This document shows, piece by piece, positions 18,919 through 28,794 of a stretch of 64,000 bases of DNA. This stretch comes from an uncultured bacterium. Its GTDB lineage: Bacteria; Omnitrophota; Omnitrophia; Omnitrophales; Aquincolibacteriaceae. The stretch spans positions 16,865-80,864 of the forward strand of contig CAYLPP010000012.1 in the NCBI GenBank assembly GCA_964385615.1, written 5' to 3'. The translations under genes and the position numbers were made by a program. Within the stretch, counting starts at the first letter, position 1; every line of letters starts with the position of its first letter. The notes under the pieces are model-generated. The model did no database searches and had not been told where the DNA came from. It was given only the letters and a program-made list of their open reading frames with translations.

Positions 18919-19017
18919 TTACGACCAGGATTTCTTCTTATGCCGGTGCTTGCGCAGTTTTTTCTTGCGCTTATGCTTGTTCATTTTTTTTCTGCGCTGC
19001 TTGCGTGCCCAAGGCAT
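18919..19017 (-). CDS. 32-aa Arg/Lys-rich micro-protein resembling ribosomal protein bS22 (AURKAIP1/DUF1713-like)
   Basis: ATG...TAA ORF translating MPWARKQRRKKMNKHKRKKKLRKHRHKKKSWS. It resembles the ~33-aa bS22 proteins of Bacteroidetes and mycobacteria (…KKRRKRMSKKKHRKLL…). It sits between hisG and a terminator hairpin and is too small for the ORF track. Confidence 0.5.
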   Translation of the reverse strand: MPWARKQRRKKMNKHKRKKKLRKHRHKKKSWS

Positions 19018-19039
19018 GCCGAACCTCCTGTTTGGTCGT

Positions 19040-19963
19040 TTAGGGAATAACTTTATTGAGCGGGTACTCGATAATGCCCGAGGCCCCCTCTTTTTTCAAA
19101 GCCGGGATAATTTCACGGACTACCGACTCATCAATAATAGTATCGACATCATACCAGCCTTCTTCAGAGAGCGAAGAGACCGTCGGTTTTTTCAGAGCCG
19201 GAAGAATTTTAAGAATTTTCGGGAGATCGGCTTTAGCCACGTTCATTTTCAGACCCACTTTTTCCTGAGCCCGGATAGCCCCCTGAAGAAGCATCACGAT
19301 ATTTTCCATTTTCTTCTTTTTCCACGGATCCTGATGGCTGGCTTTATTCGCGATAAACTTCGGCACGGAGGTCAGAATCGTATCGATAATCTTCAAATTA
19401 TTAGCACGCAGGCTGGAACCGGTTTCCGTAGCTTCCACAATAGCGTCTACAAGCCGAGGCGGTTTAACTTCCGTAGCGCCCCATGAAAACTCAACTTCCG
19501 CGTTCACGCTGTGTTTCTTAAGGTAATTTTTTGTGGCATTAACCAGTTCCGTCGAAATCTTTTTACCTTCGAGGTCTTTGACACTTTTGAAAGGAGAATC
19601 GTTGTGCACGCAAAGGACCCAGCGGATCGGGTTGCGGGTGCGCTTGGAGTACTGAAGTTCGCAAAGCTCTTCAACCTTGGATTCATTTTCAAGGATCCAG
19701 TCGTGACCGGTCAGCCCGCAGTCAATAATACCGTCTTCGATATAACGGGACATTTCCTGAGGGCGGAAGAGAATAACTTCAAGCTCAGCGTCATCTACTG
19801 ACGGGAAATAGGAACGTGACCCTACACTGATGTTGAATCCGGCCTTTTTAAAAAGCTGATAAGTAGCTTCTTCGAGGCTTCCTTTGGGAAGGGCAATTTT
19901 TAGTTTGTTTTTTACTTCTGACATAAGAGGGTGGATTTTATCTTTTTGCTTGTGGGGTGTCAA
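19040..19963 (-). CDS. hisG: ATP phosphoribosyltransferase, long form
   Basis: [12 protein letters not shown]...[12 protein letters not shown] plus a C-terminal regulatory domain. The true start is probably the internal Met ([15 protein letters not shown], about 19924), leaving a divergent intergenic region with the ZIP gene. Confidence 0.9.
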   Translation of the reverse strand: MTPHKQKDKIHPLMSEVKNKLKIALPKGSLEEATYQLFKKAGFNISVGSRSYFPSVDDAELEVILFRPQEMSRYIEDGIIDCGLTGHDWILENESKVEELCELQYSKRTRNPIRWVLCVHNDSPFKSVKDLEGKKISTELVNATKNYLKKHSVNAEVEFSWGATEVKPPRLVDAIVEATETGSSLRANNLKIIDTILTSVPKFIANKASHQDPWKKKKMENIVMLLQGAIRAQEKVGLKMNVAKADLPKILKILPALKKPTVSSLSEEGWYDVDTIIDESVVREIIPALKKEGASGIIEYPLNKVIP

Positions 19964-20721
19964 CCCCGGGATTATACTTGCCCGTCATGGATTCATCACT
20001 CGGTCAAACCCTGGCTTCTTACGTCAGCGCGGGACTGGGCGGTTTTCTCGCGATTGCGATCGGCGTTTCACACCGTCAGCTCTGCGCGCTCATCAGTTTT
20101 GCCGCCGGAACCCTGCTCGCCACAGCCTTTTTTCATATTGTCCCGGAAGCGCTTGAAACGCTTTCCTGGATTTCCGTTCTCATTTCGTTCGCGAGCGGCT
20201 ACGCGCTGTTTTTCCTGCTCAGCCGTTACGTCAGCCATGTATGCCCTGCCTGCGCGGCCTCTCATTTCGAGCATCAGCCTGAGTCTAAAACTTTTAACGT
20301 ATTCTTTCTGCTGGCCGTCGCGCTGAGCATTCACAGCGCTATGGACGGCATCGCCATCGCGCTCGGCGGAAATCTGGGTGACAGCCACCAACACTCCATT
20401 TTTTTCGCGGTGGCTATTCATAAACTGCCTGAAGGTCTCGCCCTCTGCGCTTTGCTCCTGAAAGCAGGCTTCAAAAGCACGCGCGCGCTGATCAATACTC
20501 TTTTGTTTGAAACCTCAACACTCGCGGGATGGCTGATTGGTTATTGGATGATTCATTGGGGCGCCGCAGGGCAAATAATGAATCTTGTCATGGTCCATGT
20601 CGCGGGGGGGTTTTTATACTTGGCGCTTCATGCTACGATCAACGAAGCTAAAGACCACTCACCCAAACTGGTTTTGGGATTTTTTCTGATCGGATTTCTG
20701 TTCCTGGCGCTGGTTCGTTAA
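19957..20721 (+). CDS. ZIP family metal (zinc) transporter
   Basis: Multi-TM protein with an HKLPEGLA signature and His-rich segments. The real start is possibly MDSSLGQ at about 19987. Confidence 0.85.
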   Translation: MSTPGLYLPVMDSSLGQTLASYVSAGLGGFLAIAIGVSHRQLCALISFAAGTLLATAFFHIVPEALETLSWISVLISFASGYALFFLLSRYVSHVCPACAASHFEHQPESKTFNVFFLLAVALSIHSAMDGIAIALGGNLGDSHQHSIFFAVAIHKLPEGLALCALLLKAGFKSTRALINTLLFETSTLAGWLIGYWMIHWGAAGQIMNLVMVHVAGGFLYLALHATINEAKDHSPKLVLGFFLIGFLFLALVR

Positions 20722-21164
20722 AAGTCTTTTCCGCCGAAGAATCGGTTCAACTTTGACCAAATCACCAAAATAATTAGGGTCAATCCGGTCGTAATCAGCG
20801 CCGGATGATACTGCCCCATTCCGCAGGCCAGACCGATACCCGCCGCCGTCCAGACACCTGCCGCAGTCGTTAACCCTTTGATTTCCTTATCGAAACGCAT
20901 GATCGCGCCGGCGCCCAAAAAACCGACACCGCTGACCACCTGCGCCGCGATACGGGACGGATCCACATTCGCGGTTTTATAAATTTCATAAATATTAACT
21001 GAGAGAATCATAACAAGCGCCGACCCCATGGAAACAAGCGCGTACGTGCGCACCCCTGCGTCTTTTCCATGACTCTCGCGTTCCAGACCGATTAGCCCGC
21101 CAAGAATCGCCGCCGAAAAAAGCCGGAGAGTCATATCGAGATCATTCGCCGAAAATGAAAACAT
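20718..21164 (-). CDS. MgtC/SapB family membrane protein
   Basis: 148 aa with GGLIGLERESHGKDAGVRTYALVSMGSAL, typical of MgtC. Confidence 0.8.
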   Translation of the reverse strand: MFSFSANDLDMTLRLFSAAILGGLIGLERESHGKDAGVRTYALVSMGSALVMILSVNIYEIYKTANVDPSRIAAQVVSGVGFLGAGAIMRFDKEIKGLTTAAGVWTAAGIGLACGMGQYHPALITTGLTLIILVIWSKLNRFFGGKDF

Positions 21165-21202
21165 AATTCCCCCGATCGATCGGAGCTTAATTCCCGATCC
21201 GT

Positions 21203-22213
21203 TTAACGGCCCATCTTGAGATTGGGCATCCCGGTCATGGCCCAGTTTGATTTCTTAGTTTTCTTGAAAATTTCCCAGCCCCGGCGCGCGATCATTCCCG
21301 CGTTGTCCAGGCTCAAAATTCTTTCAGGAAACCAGACCTTGATTCCCCGCGTCATAGCCTCTTCCGGCAAACGCCCGCGGAGGTAAGAATTCGCGCTGAC
21401 TCCTCCGCCGACCACGATATCCTTTGCCTTCTTAGCATCGGCAGCATCGAGTGATTTATCCACCATCCAGCTGACTACCGCTGATTGAAAACTGGCGCAC
21501 ATATTTTTAACGAAATCCTCGGACAAGGTTTCACCCGCGGCTTTTTTCTGCTTCTGCACTTCATAAAGCACGGCGGTTTTAATCCCGCTGAAGCTGAAAT
21601 CAAACGGCCGGTCCTGTTTGGGTTTGGTAAAACGAAAAGTTTTGGAATCCCCCTGCAGAGCTAACTTGTCAATCACGGGCCCGCCGGGAAAACCAAGGCC
21701 TAAAAGCTTCGCAACCTTGTCATAAGCTTCGCCCACCGCGTCATCAACCGTGGAACCTAAAATTTCAATTTTTCCTTTTTTCGTCAGGGAAATAATGGAA
21801 TGTCCGCCCGAAACCAGCAGGCCGATATAGGAATCCGGAGTTCCGGTTCCAATGAAATTGGCTGCAAGATGCGCTTCCAGGTGATTCACGCCGATCAGCG
21901 GTTTTTTAAGCCGGTAAGCCAGCGACTTGGCAAATGAAATCCCGACAAGCAGTGACCCGATAAGACCCGGGCCTTCCGTCACGGCGATTAAATCCAGATC
22001 CTGCGCTTTAATTTTGGCTTCTTCCAGAGATTCTTCAAAAACGACTTCGATCTGCTCCAGCGAATGACGGGAAGCGATTTCCGGCACGATTCCGCCGAAG
22101 GGTTTGTGGCGGAAAAGGCTTGAAGAAATAATATTGGAAAGCAGTTTTTCGCCGTCTTTTAAAACGGCGCAGGAGGTTTCATCACATGAAGTTTCGATGC
22201 CTAAAGTAAGCAT
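21203..22213 (-). CDS. tsaD: tRNA N6-adenosine threonylcarbamoyltransferase
   Basis: MLTLGIETSCDETSCAVL and HLEAHL metal-binding motifs, 336 aa. Confidence 0.9.
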   Translation of the reverse strand: MLTLGIETSCDETSCAVLKDGEKLLSNIISSSLFRHKPFGGIVPEIASRHSLEQIEVVFEESLEEAKIKAQDLDLIAVTEGPGLIGSLLVGISFAKSLAYRLKKPLIGVNHLEAHLAANFIGTGTPDSYIGLLVSGGHSIISLTKKGKIEILGSTVDDAVGEAYDKVAKLLGLGFPGGPVIDKLALQGDSKTFRFTKPKQDRPFDFSFSGIKTAVLYEVQKQKKAAGETLSEDFVKNMCASFQSAVVSWMVDKSLDAADAKKAKDIVVGGGVSANSYLRGRLPEEAMTRGIKVWFPERILSLDNAGMIARRGWEIFKKTKKSNWAMTGMPNLKMGR

Positions 22214-22362
22214 CGTATTAAGACGGAAACTGCCTATGAAGGCAGCTCGAAAGCCGGATTTTCAATGGAATGGAAAATCCGTGTCTTTCGCGCAGTGAGG
22301 CCCGCTCAAACCGGCTTTTATTTTGAAGGACCGAACGGTGCGGAAATAGGCCGTTTCCGGTT

Positions 22363-23808
22363 TTAAGAAGATAATTTTTTTTGGAGGATTTCATTGACGA
22401 TCTTGGGATTAGCCTTGCCCTGCGTTTCTTTCATGATCTGCCCAACCAGATAGCCCAGCGCGTTCTGCTTGCCGGCCTTAAAATCCGTGACTGATTTTTC
22501 ATTAGCCGCGATCACGCGGGCCGCGACATCTTCAATCAGCTTGGTATCGGTCACCTGCACCAGACCTTTTTCTTTCACGATAACGTCCGCGGCCTTCCCC
22601 GTTTCAAACATAAGAGGGAGAACATCTTTGGCGATTTTTCCGCTGATAGTACTGTTGTCAATTAAAGCGATAAGCCCGGCCAGACCTTTGGGTTTTACCG
22701 GCGATTCAGCGATGGATTTTTTGGCAATTTTCAAAAGCGCCAAAAGCTCCGACTGAATCCAGTTGCTGACCAGTTTCGGACTGGCTTTTTCCTTAACGCA
22801 GTCTTCAAAATAATTAGCCAGCTCTTTGTCTTCCACCAAAACAAACGAGTCATATTCCGTCAGACCGAAATCTTTAGTGAACCGCGCCGCGCGCTGAGCG
22901 GGAAGCTCAGGAAGGGTTTTACGGACTTCGTCCACCACGGAGCGTGAAAGCGTGAACGGAACCAGGTCAGGTTCCGGGAAATACCGGTAATCATGCGCTT
23001 CTTCTTTTGAGCGCATCAGAGAAGTCGTACCCTTGTCATCATTCCACAGCCGGGTTTCCTGGCTGATTTTTCCGCCGGAATTTAATTCCTTGGTGTGGCG
23101 TTCAATTTCATAAGCGATAGCTTTCTGCACGGCTTTGAAAGAATTTAGGTTTTTGATTTCGGTCTTGGTGCCGAATTTTTCCTGACCCACGGGCCGGATG
23201 GAAACGTTAGCATCACAACGCAACTGGCCTTTTTCCATATCGCAATCGCTGACTTCCAAATACTGAAGAATCGCTTTAAGAGCCGTCAGGTAAGCGTAAG
23301 CTTCTTCGGGCGAACGCATATCAGGCTCCGAAACAATTTCCAGAAGCGGAATGCCCGCACGGTTGTAATCCACCAAACTCCCGTCTTTAATGCCTTCATG
23401 CAGAAGTTTACCCGCGTCTTCTTCCAGATGCCCGCGCGTCACACCGATTTTCTTTTTCTGAACCTGGCCTTTAGCGTCTTTGTATTCCACTTCCAGCCAG
23501 CCCTTTTTATTCACAGGCTGATCGAACTGGGAAATCTGATAGGCTTTTGGAAGGTCCGGGTAAAAATAATTTTTGCGGTCGAATTTCAGGCGCTCATTAA
23601 TTTCACAGTTCAACGCCAGGCCGACTTTCATGGCCAGCTCAAGAGCTTTGCGGTTTAAAACAGGCAGGCTCCCCGGCCAGCCCAGACAGACCGGGCAGGT
23701 GTTTTTGTTGGGCTCCGCGCCGAACTCCGCTCCGCAGGCGCAAAACAGCTTGGATTTGGTTCCAAGCTGAACGTGCACTTCAAGGCCGATCACGGGTTCG
23801 TAATTCAC
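22363..23808 (-). CDS. gatB: Asp-tRNA(Asn)/Glu-tRNA(Gln) amidotransferase subunit B
   Basis: MNYEPVIGLEVHVQLGTKSKLFC and a C-terminal YqeY-like domain, 481 aa. The start overlaps the gatA stop. Confidence 0.95.
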   Translation of the reverse strand: MNYEPVIGLEVHVQLGTKSKLFCACGAEFGAEPNKNTCPVCLGWPGSLPVLNRKALELAMKVGLALNCEINERLKFDRKNYFYPDLPKAYQISQFDQPVNKKGWLEVEYKDAKGQVQKKKIGVTRGHLEEDAGKLLHEGIKDGSLVDYNRAGIPLLEIVSEPDMRSPEEAYAYLTALKAILQYLEVSDCDMEKGQLRCDANVSIRPVGQEKFGTKTEIKNLNSFKAVQKAIAYEIERHTKELNSGGKISQETRLWNDDKGTTSLMRSKEEAHDYRYFPEPDLVPFTLSRSVVDEVRKTLPELPAQRAARFTKDFGLTEYDSFVLVEDKELANYFEDCVKEKASPKLVSNWIQSELLALLKIAKKSIAESPVKPKGLAGLIALIDNSTISGKIAKDVLPLMFETGKAADVIVKEKGLVQVTDTKLIEDVAARVIAANEKSVTDFKAGKQNALGYLVGQIMKETQGKANPKIVNEILQKKLSS

Positions 23809-25223
23809 AGTGACGGCCTCTTTTTATAAATTTCGGTTTCCTGCTCAAAAGTGTAGGACGCGCGGAAAATAGTTTCTTCGTCAAACGGCCGTGCCATCAA
23901 CTGCATACCGATCGGTAAGTTTTTCGAAGTAAATCCGCACGGAATGGAAATTGCCGGAATTCCTGCAAGATTGACGGGAATCGTAAAAATATCGGATAAA
24001 TACATTGAAAGCGGGTCGTTGGATTTTTCACCGATTTTAAACGCGGCGGACGGCGCGGTCGGCGTCAAAATCACATCTACTTCATTGAACGCTTTCTCAA
24101 AATCCTGGCGGATCAGGGTGCGGACTTTCTGACCTTTGAGATAATACGCTTCATAATAACCGGCGGATAAAACGAATGTTCCAAGCAGAATCCGGCGTTT
24201 GGCTTCACGGCCGAAACCGGCATCGCGGGTTTCCTGATACATCTCTTTCAGCGTTGCCGCCGGAACGCGTAAGCCGTATTCCACCCCATCAAAACGGCCC
24301 AGGTTGGAGCTGGCTTCGGCGACAGCCACAATGTAATACACCGCCACGGAATGTTCCGTGTTGGGCAGGCTGATGGTTTTAATTTCCGCGCCGAGTTTCT
24401 TATAAACTTCCGCGGCCGCACGCACGCTTTTTTCAACTTCCGGGTCAATCCCCTCAATAAAATATTCTTTTGGCAAACCTATTTTAAGCCCCTTAACGTC
24501 CCGCCTGAGAGATTTTGTGTAATCCGGAACCGTGTTGGAAGCCGATGTGGAATCCCGGTGATCGTGTCCCGCGATCACGTTCATCATAATCGCGGAATCT
24601 TCAACGGTACGGGTCAGCGGGCCAATCTGATCAAAACTGGAACCGAACGCGATTAAACCGTAACGGGAAACTCTTCCGTAAGTCGGTTTCAGGCCGACCA
24701 CCCCGCAGAAAGACGCGGGCTGGCGGATCGAACCGCCGGTATCACTTCCCAAAGCAGCGGGTACAAGCCCGGCGGCAACCGCCGCGGCAGAACCTCCGCT
24801 GGAACCGCCCGGCACGCAATCAAGATTCCAGGGATTCTTGACCGGTCCATAAGCAGAAGATTCGGAAGAAGACCCGAAAGCGAATTCATCCATGTTGCAC
24901 TGGCCGAAGATCGAAGCGCCGGCGGCTTTAAGTTTTTCAATCACCGCCGCGTCGTAGGGCGGTACATGACCTTTAAGAATTTTAGAAGCGCAGGTGGTTT
25001 CGAGGCCGGAAACGCAAATGTTGTCTTTAACCGCCACCGGAACACCCGCCAAAATCCCCTGTCCGCCGGCCTGAGGAGCGCGCGCGGAGTCAAAACGCAG
25101 AAGAGCGTTTACTTTGGGATTCAGTTTCGCGGTACGGTCTGAAAAAATTTTATGAACGGACGGTGCGCCCGAATTTTTAACGGCTTCCAAAGATTCACGG
25201 AGTGTCCAGACTTCGGAGCTCAT
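23805..25223 (-). CDS. gatA: Glu-tRNA(Gln) amidotransferase subunit A
   Basis: Amidase signature GGSSGGSAAAVAAGL, 472 aa. Confidence 0.95.
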   Translation of the reverse strand: MSSEVWTLRESLEAVKNSGAPSVHKIFSDRTAKLNPKVNALLRFDSARAPQAGGQGILAGVPVAVKDNICVSGLETTCASKILKGHVPPYDAAVIEKLKAAGASIFGQCNMDEFAFGSSSESSAYGPVKNPWNLDCVPGGSSGGSAAAVAAGLVPAALGSDTGGSIRQPASFCGVVGLKPTYGRVSRYGLIAFGSSFDQIGPLTRTVEDSAIMMNVIAGHDHRDSTSASNTVPDYTKSLRRDVKGLKIGLPKEYFIEGIDPEVEKSVRAAAEVYKKLGAEIKTISLPNTEHSVAVYYIVAVAEASSNLGRFDGVEYGLRVPAATLKEMYQETRDAGFGREAKRRILLGTFVLSAGYYEAYYLKGQKVRTLIRQDFEKAFNEVDVILTPTAPSAAFKIGEKSNDPLSMYLSDIFTIPVNLAGIPAISIPCGFTSKNLPIGMQLMARPFDEETIFRASYTFEQETEIYKKRPSL

Positions 25224-25504
25224 TCTCTTTCCACCGTCTTGGGAACTTTAAAAAACTTTCCGTCTTTCAAGGGGGCGTGATCGAGAGCTTTGTCGCGGAC
25301 CTGTGAAGGCTTAACCTCATCTTCGCGGAAAACGTTTTCAATGTTAAGCACATGGCTGGTCGGCTCAACATTTTTGGTGTCGAGAGTTTCCAGTTTTTTT
25401 ACGTAATCCAGAATAGCCGAAAGTTCGCCGGTCAGCTTGGCTTTTTCTTCGGGTTTCAGGCTTAAACGGGCCAGATCGGCCACTTTTTCAATGTCAAAAC
25501 TCAT
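25220..25504 (-). CDS. gatC: Glu-tRNA(Gln) amidotransferase subunit C
   Basis: 94 aa, translationally coupled to gatA. KVADLARLSLKPEE is typical of GatC. Confidence 0.85.
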   Translation of the reverse strand: MSFDIEKVADLARLSLKPEEKAKLTGELSAILDYVKKLETLDTKNVEPTSHVLNIENVFREDEVKPSQVRDKALDHAPLKDGKFFKVPKTVERE

Positions 25505-25540
25505 AGGAAGGAAGAGGTTAGCACGCCCGGGTAAGAAGTG

Positions 25541-25924
25541 TCAAACGGCGGGTTTCGAAAAATTCCCAAGCCAGAACCCAGCACCGAAAAACGCGAAACC
25601 GGCCAGAAGGCTCAAACCAATATTCCAGAAAGCAGGCATAAAACCATGCTGTTTCATCAAATACCATGATTCGAAAATTAAAGAGGAGAAAGTGGTGAAC
25701 GCGCCGCAGAAACCTGTGATCAGAAGAAGTTTGATTGAAAAATCCATTCCCCGCTGTTCGGCAAGGGCGACGAAAATACCGATCAGGAAACAGCCCGCGA
25801 CATTGGCCGTGAAAGTACCGATGGGAAAAATCGTCGGAACTGATTTGGTCATCCAGCCGGTGAGAAAGTAACGGGCAAAAGTTCCAGCCGCGCCGCCCAA
25901 TGCCAGCCAGAGCAGCCGGTTCAT
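25541..25924 (-). CDS. crcB: fluoride efflux transporter CrcB/FluC
   Basis: 127 aa, 4 TM, GTFTANVAGCFLIG...GFCGAFTTFSS signature. Confidence 0.85.
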   Translation of the reverse strand: MNRLLWLALGGAAGTFARYFLTGWMTKSVPTIFPIGTFTANVAGCFLIGIFVALAEQRGMDFSIKLLLITGFCGAFTTFSSLIFESWYLMKQHGFMPAFWNIGLSLLAGFAFFGAGFWLGNFSKPAV

Positions 25925-25927
25925 GAA

Positions 25928-26632
25928 TTAAACAGCACCGATCAAATGCATCGCGCCGGTCGGCTGAGGCACACCCCCGGCAGGTTCGAGGGTCACGGCA
26001 AATTTATCGACTTTCAGATCTTTGGGCATTTCTTTAAGATCCATTTTCACGCACCCGCCCGCGTCCACGGTAAAAGTTCCGGCGGGAACCGGCGTGGAAC
26101 CGGAAATAGCCCAAAGCTCATAAACCATTCCTTCAGGAAGTTTGGAAAGATTCATGGCCATAAAAACCCCTTCGCATTTCTTGGGGTTCCAGACCATTTT
26201 ACCGAAAGCCCGCGGGCTCGGGTCCATCGCGCTCAGGGAAACCAGCTGGGTATCAGCTTCTGATAAATGATCCGCCACCTTCTTATAATCCATCATTTTC
26301 TGGCGGGTTTGAAAAAACGCGGTTCCAAGCGCGATGCACAAACAAGCGAGAACAGCGCCGGCAGCCCAGCTCATGGAAAACGCGGGCGCGCCCGCGCCGG
26401 CCAAAGCCGGTTCACCGATCTCTTCCATTAATCTTGATTTAATAACCGCTGGAGCCTCCACTAATGAAAGAGAACCCGGAATCGAAGCTAACGCTTCTTC
26501 GGTCTGATGAACATGATTCCGGCAAATTTGACAGCCGGGTAAATGAGCGGAGAACTCCTGAAGGTCGCTTCCATCCAAAGCGCCCGCGGCGTAAATGTCT
26601 GCTAGTTCAATCCACTTCTCGTGGCCGCTCAC
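25928..26632 (-). CDS. anti-sigma factor (zinc-finger ZAS-like N-terminus, single TM, periplasmic C-terminus)
   Basis: HLPGCQICRNHVH motif and a central TM (AGAVLACLCIALGTAFF). It overlaps the upstream ECF sigma gene by 4 bp. Confidence 0.65.
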   Translation of the reverse strand: MSGHEKWIELADIYAAGALDGSDLQEFSAHLPGCQICRNHVHQTEEALASIPGSLSLVEAPAVIKSRLMEEIGEPALAGAGAPAFSMSWAAGAVLACLCIALGTAFFQTRQKMMDYKKVADHLSEADTQLVSLSAMDPSPRAFGKMVWNPKKCEGVFMAMNLSKLPEGMVYELWAISGSTPVPAGTFTVDAGGCVKMDLKEMPKDLKVDKFAVTLEPAGGVPQPTGAMHLIGAV

Positions 26633-27222
26633 AGCTTTTCCCCCGATTTAATTTTTAAAACGGACCGTAGGCTTTTCAAACCGTCGCGGATCCTGGTTTT
26701 CACGGTGCCGATCGGCACTTCCAATTTTTCGGCAATTTCTGACTGAGTTAAACCTTCAAAATAGGCCAGCTCCAATGCCTGTCTTTGCACATCCGAAAGT
26801 TCCGCCAGCGCGCTGCCCATCGTAAGCCGTACCTCAGCCTGGGTTTCCTGCCGGTTTTCAACCTCACGGCTGGTGTTCAGGAACTGTTCTTCGAGAACAT
26901 CCCCCTTCATTTCCCTTCTACGGCGCGAACGCAGTTTATCGATTGCGCGGCTTTTAGTAATTGTAATAACCCAAGCCTCCGGCTTGCCCCGGCCGGGGTT
27001 GTAATTGGAAGCCTGGTTCCATATCTGGAGGAAAACTTCCTGAACCAGATCTTCAGCCTCAGCTCGGACTCTTAAAATGCGAAGCGCGAAAGTGAAGGAC
27101 AGCGAAGAATAGAGATCATAAAAACGGGAAAAAGCCTCGCGGTCCCCGCGGGCAATCCGCTTAATCAAAGCCGTAACATCTGTATGGGCCGAAGGGTCGG
27201 TCATGGTGGCCCTTTTTACCAT
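26629..27222 (-). CDS. RNA polymerase sigma-70 factor, ECF subfamily
   Basis: Region 2 (FSRFYDLYSSLSFTFALRIL...DLVQEVFLQIW) and region 4 HTH (LTQSEIAEKLEVPIGTVKTRI). Confidence 0.9.
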   Translation of the reverse strand: MVKRATMTDPSAHTDVTALIKRIARGDREAFSRFYDLYSSLSFTFALRILRVRAEAEDLVQEVFLQIWNQASNYNPGRGKPEAWVITITKSRAIDKLRSRRRREMKGDVLEEQFLNTSREVENRQETQAEVRLTMGSALAELSDVQRQALELAYFEGLTQSEIAEKLEVPIGTVKTRIRDGLKSLRSVLKIKSGEKL

Positions 27223-27305
27223 AAAACCTCAAACAAGTAAATCCAAACAGCCCCCTACGGCGTAATAGAAACAGCAGAGAGATTATCCTGCAAGGGAGGG
27301 TTCAA

Positions 27306-27650
27306 ATGCCTCGTTTAAGAAAACCGAAATTTTCAAATCTCTATATTTCAGCTTTTATTCTAATGACGGCAGCCGTGGGAAACGCGCAGGCCGGCTTTGC
27401 GGGAGTCCTTGAAGACCCTGCCATAAGCCTGCCTGCGCCTAACCTTTCACAGGCCGAAAAGGTTTCCATAGGGTCTGGAAACTTCTGGAAAATTTCAGCG
27501 AGTTCGGCAAAAAAAACGCTTAAGAATTTTCTTCTGTTTCAGAACAGTTCAAAAATCTCCCCGCGTTCCGCGCCGGAAAGAGATGCCAAAACCCCAAAAA
27601 GGCCTTTGAATCCCTTTCAAGCGGCTCGATTAATCATGACTTCCGCATAA
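27306..27650 (+). CDS. hypothetical secreted protein (signal peptide)
   Basis: The N-terminus FILMTAAVGNAQA is signal-like. It is divergent from the ECF sigma operon. No recognisable domain. Confidence 0.4.
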   Translation: MPRLRKPKFSNLYISAFILMTAAVGNAQAGFAGVLEDPAISLPAPNLSQAEKVSIGSGNFWKISASSAKKTLKNFLLFQNSSKISPRSAPERDAKTPKRPLNPFQAARLIMTSA

Positions 27651-27774
27651 CCAATTATTGGAAAACTTTTTATAAAGTTTTTTGTGAAATGAAAATTTTT
27701 TCATCATTCTTCTTCCCTTTGAAAAGAGAAAGCAGGATAATCATATTCACTTTCCTTTCCAAACGGAGGTTGTC

Positions 27775-27996
27775 ATGAAGCATTTCGTGATGATTCCACT
27801 TTTCCTTTTCGGCATCACGGCATTCAGCATCGATCTTCCAAAACCAAAGATTTTAAATCCTCCTCAAACGGATTTAAACTTTTCGGCGATGACTGAATCT
27901 GTAAAATCGGCAGGGGTTTTGAAAAATTCTGATGAAAGAATTAAAGCCCTTGATAAAGCCGGTATGATGCGCCGCGCAATGATGGCCAGCGCCTGA
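27775..27996 (+). CDS. hypothetical small secreted protein
   Basis: MKHFVMIPLFLFGITAFS signal peptide. Preceded by GGAGG 7 bp upstream. Confidence 0.4.
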   Translation: MKHFVMIPLFLFGITAFSIDLPKPKILNPPQTDLNFSAMTESVKSAGVLKNSDERIKALDKAGMMRRAMMASA

Positions 27997-28794
27997 TCAG
28001 GCGGGAATTTTCGAAGACTCTTTAAAACGGCTGTAGCGTTCGAACAAAAGACCGCACGCAAAACCGATGCACAGCGCCATCCACGTGTCGGAAACCCAGT
28101 GGCGGTTGTAGTAAACCCTCGCGAACGCGGTTGCCATTGGAGTCAGCGCGAATAAAACGGCGGCCAGAGGCTGACGCCGGAAACGTATCATTAAAAACAA
28201 AGAAGCCCCTGCCACGATACTGACATCCCCTGACGGGAAACTCTGATAAGCCCGGTTGTCACCAACCCAATTGTCCCAGTTAAAAAAAGCGAACGCGCCT
28301 TTTCCCGTGTCGGGACGGGCGCGAAGAAAAAGATGCTTAAGCACTGTGGCGGAAAGACCCGTAAGGCAAGTCGCAAGCACCGCGCCGAAAACAGTCTGGC
28401 GGGCTTTGCGGTTAAAAACAGAAAAAAGGTAGGCTAAAAAAAGAACAATCCAGATACTCCGGCCCATTTCCGCTCCATAATTCAGAACCGCTGAACCCGC
28501 GGCTTCCGGGATGTGCGGAATAAATTTCTGAGAAGCTTCATCCAGAAAAAAGAGCGCGGCTAGAAAAAGAATAATGACGCCGGCAATCGGAGTAACCACA
28601 CGGCGGAAATTCAGGCTTTTAAGATACGCGGGAAAAACCTTAAAGTAACCTGAAAGAATTTCGGTCAGAAACGCTCCAATCAGAAAAAAAACAACAAGCG
28701 GTTTGTAATGAAGCGCATCCCAAACCCGGTTTAGGATCTCAAACATCAGTCTTCGCTCCTTTTGAATAATTGCGGGCGGCATTTCCCGAAACAA
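27997..28794 (-). CDS. PAP2 family phosphatase (phosphatidic acid phosphatase type 2)
   Basis: Three PAP2 motifs: KHLFLRARPD, SFPSGD, RVYYNRHWVSD. Multi-TM. The real start is probably the internal Met near 28746. Confidence 0.8.
   Translation of the reverse strand: MFREMPPAIIQKERRLMFEILNRVWDALHYKPLVVFFLIGAFLTEILSGYFKVFPAYLKSLNFRRVVTPIAGVIILFLAALFFLDEASQKFIPHIPEAAGSAVLNYGAEMGRSIWIVLFLAYLFSVFNRKARQTVFGAVLATCLTGLSATVLKHLFLRARPDTGKGAFAFFNWDNWVGDNRAYQSFPSGDVSIVAGASLFLMIRFRRQPLAAVLFALTPMATAFARVYYNRHWVSDTWMALCIGFACGLLFERYSRFKESSKIPA

Noticed and set aside
22330-22362. Hairpin CGGAAA-TAGGCCG-TTTCCG + GTTTTAAG downstream of gatB considered as a terminator
   Set aside because: The T-tract is on the wrong strand for the minus-strand operon and the stem is only 6 bp. 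It is probably not a functional intrinsic terminator.
25925-25927. Looked for a fluoride riboswitch upstream of crcB
   Set aside because: crcB starts 3 bp after the anti-sigma stop, so there is no room for a leader. If it is present, it must lie upstream of the sigma operon.
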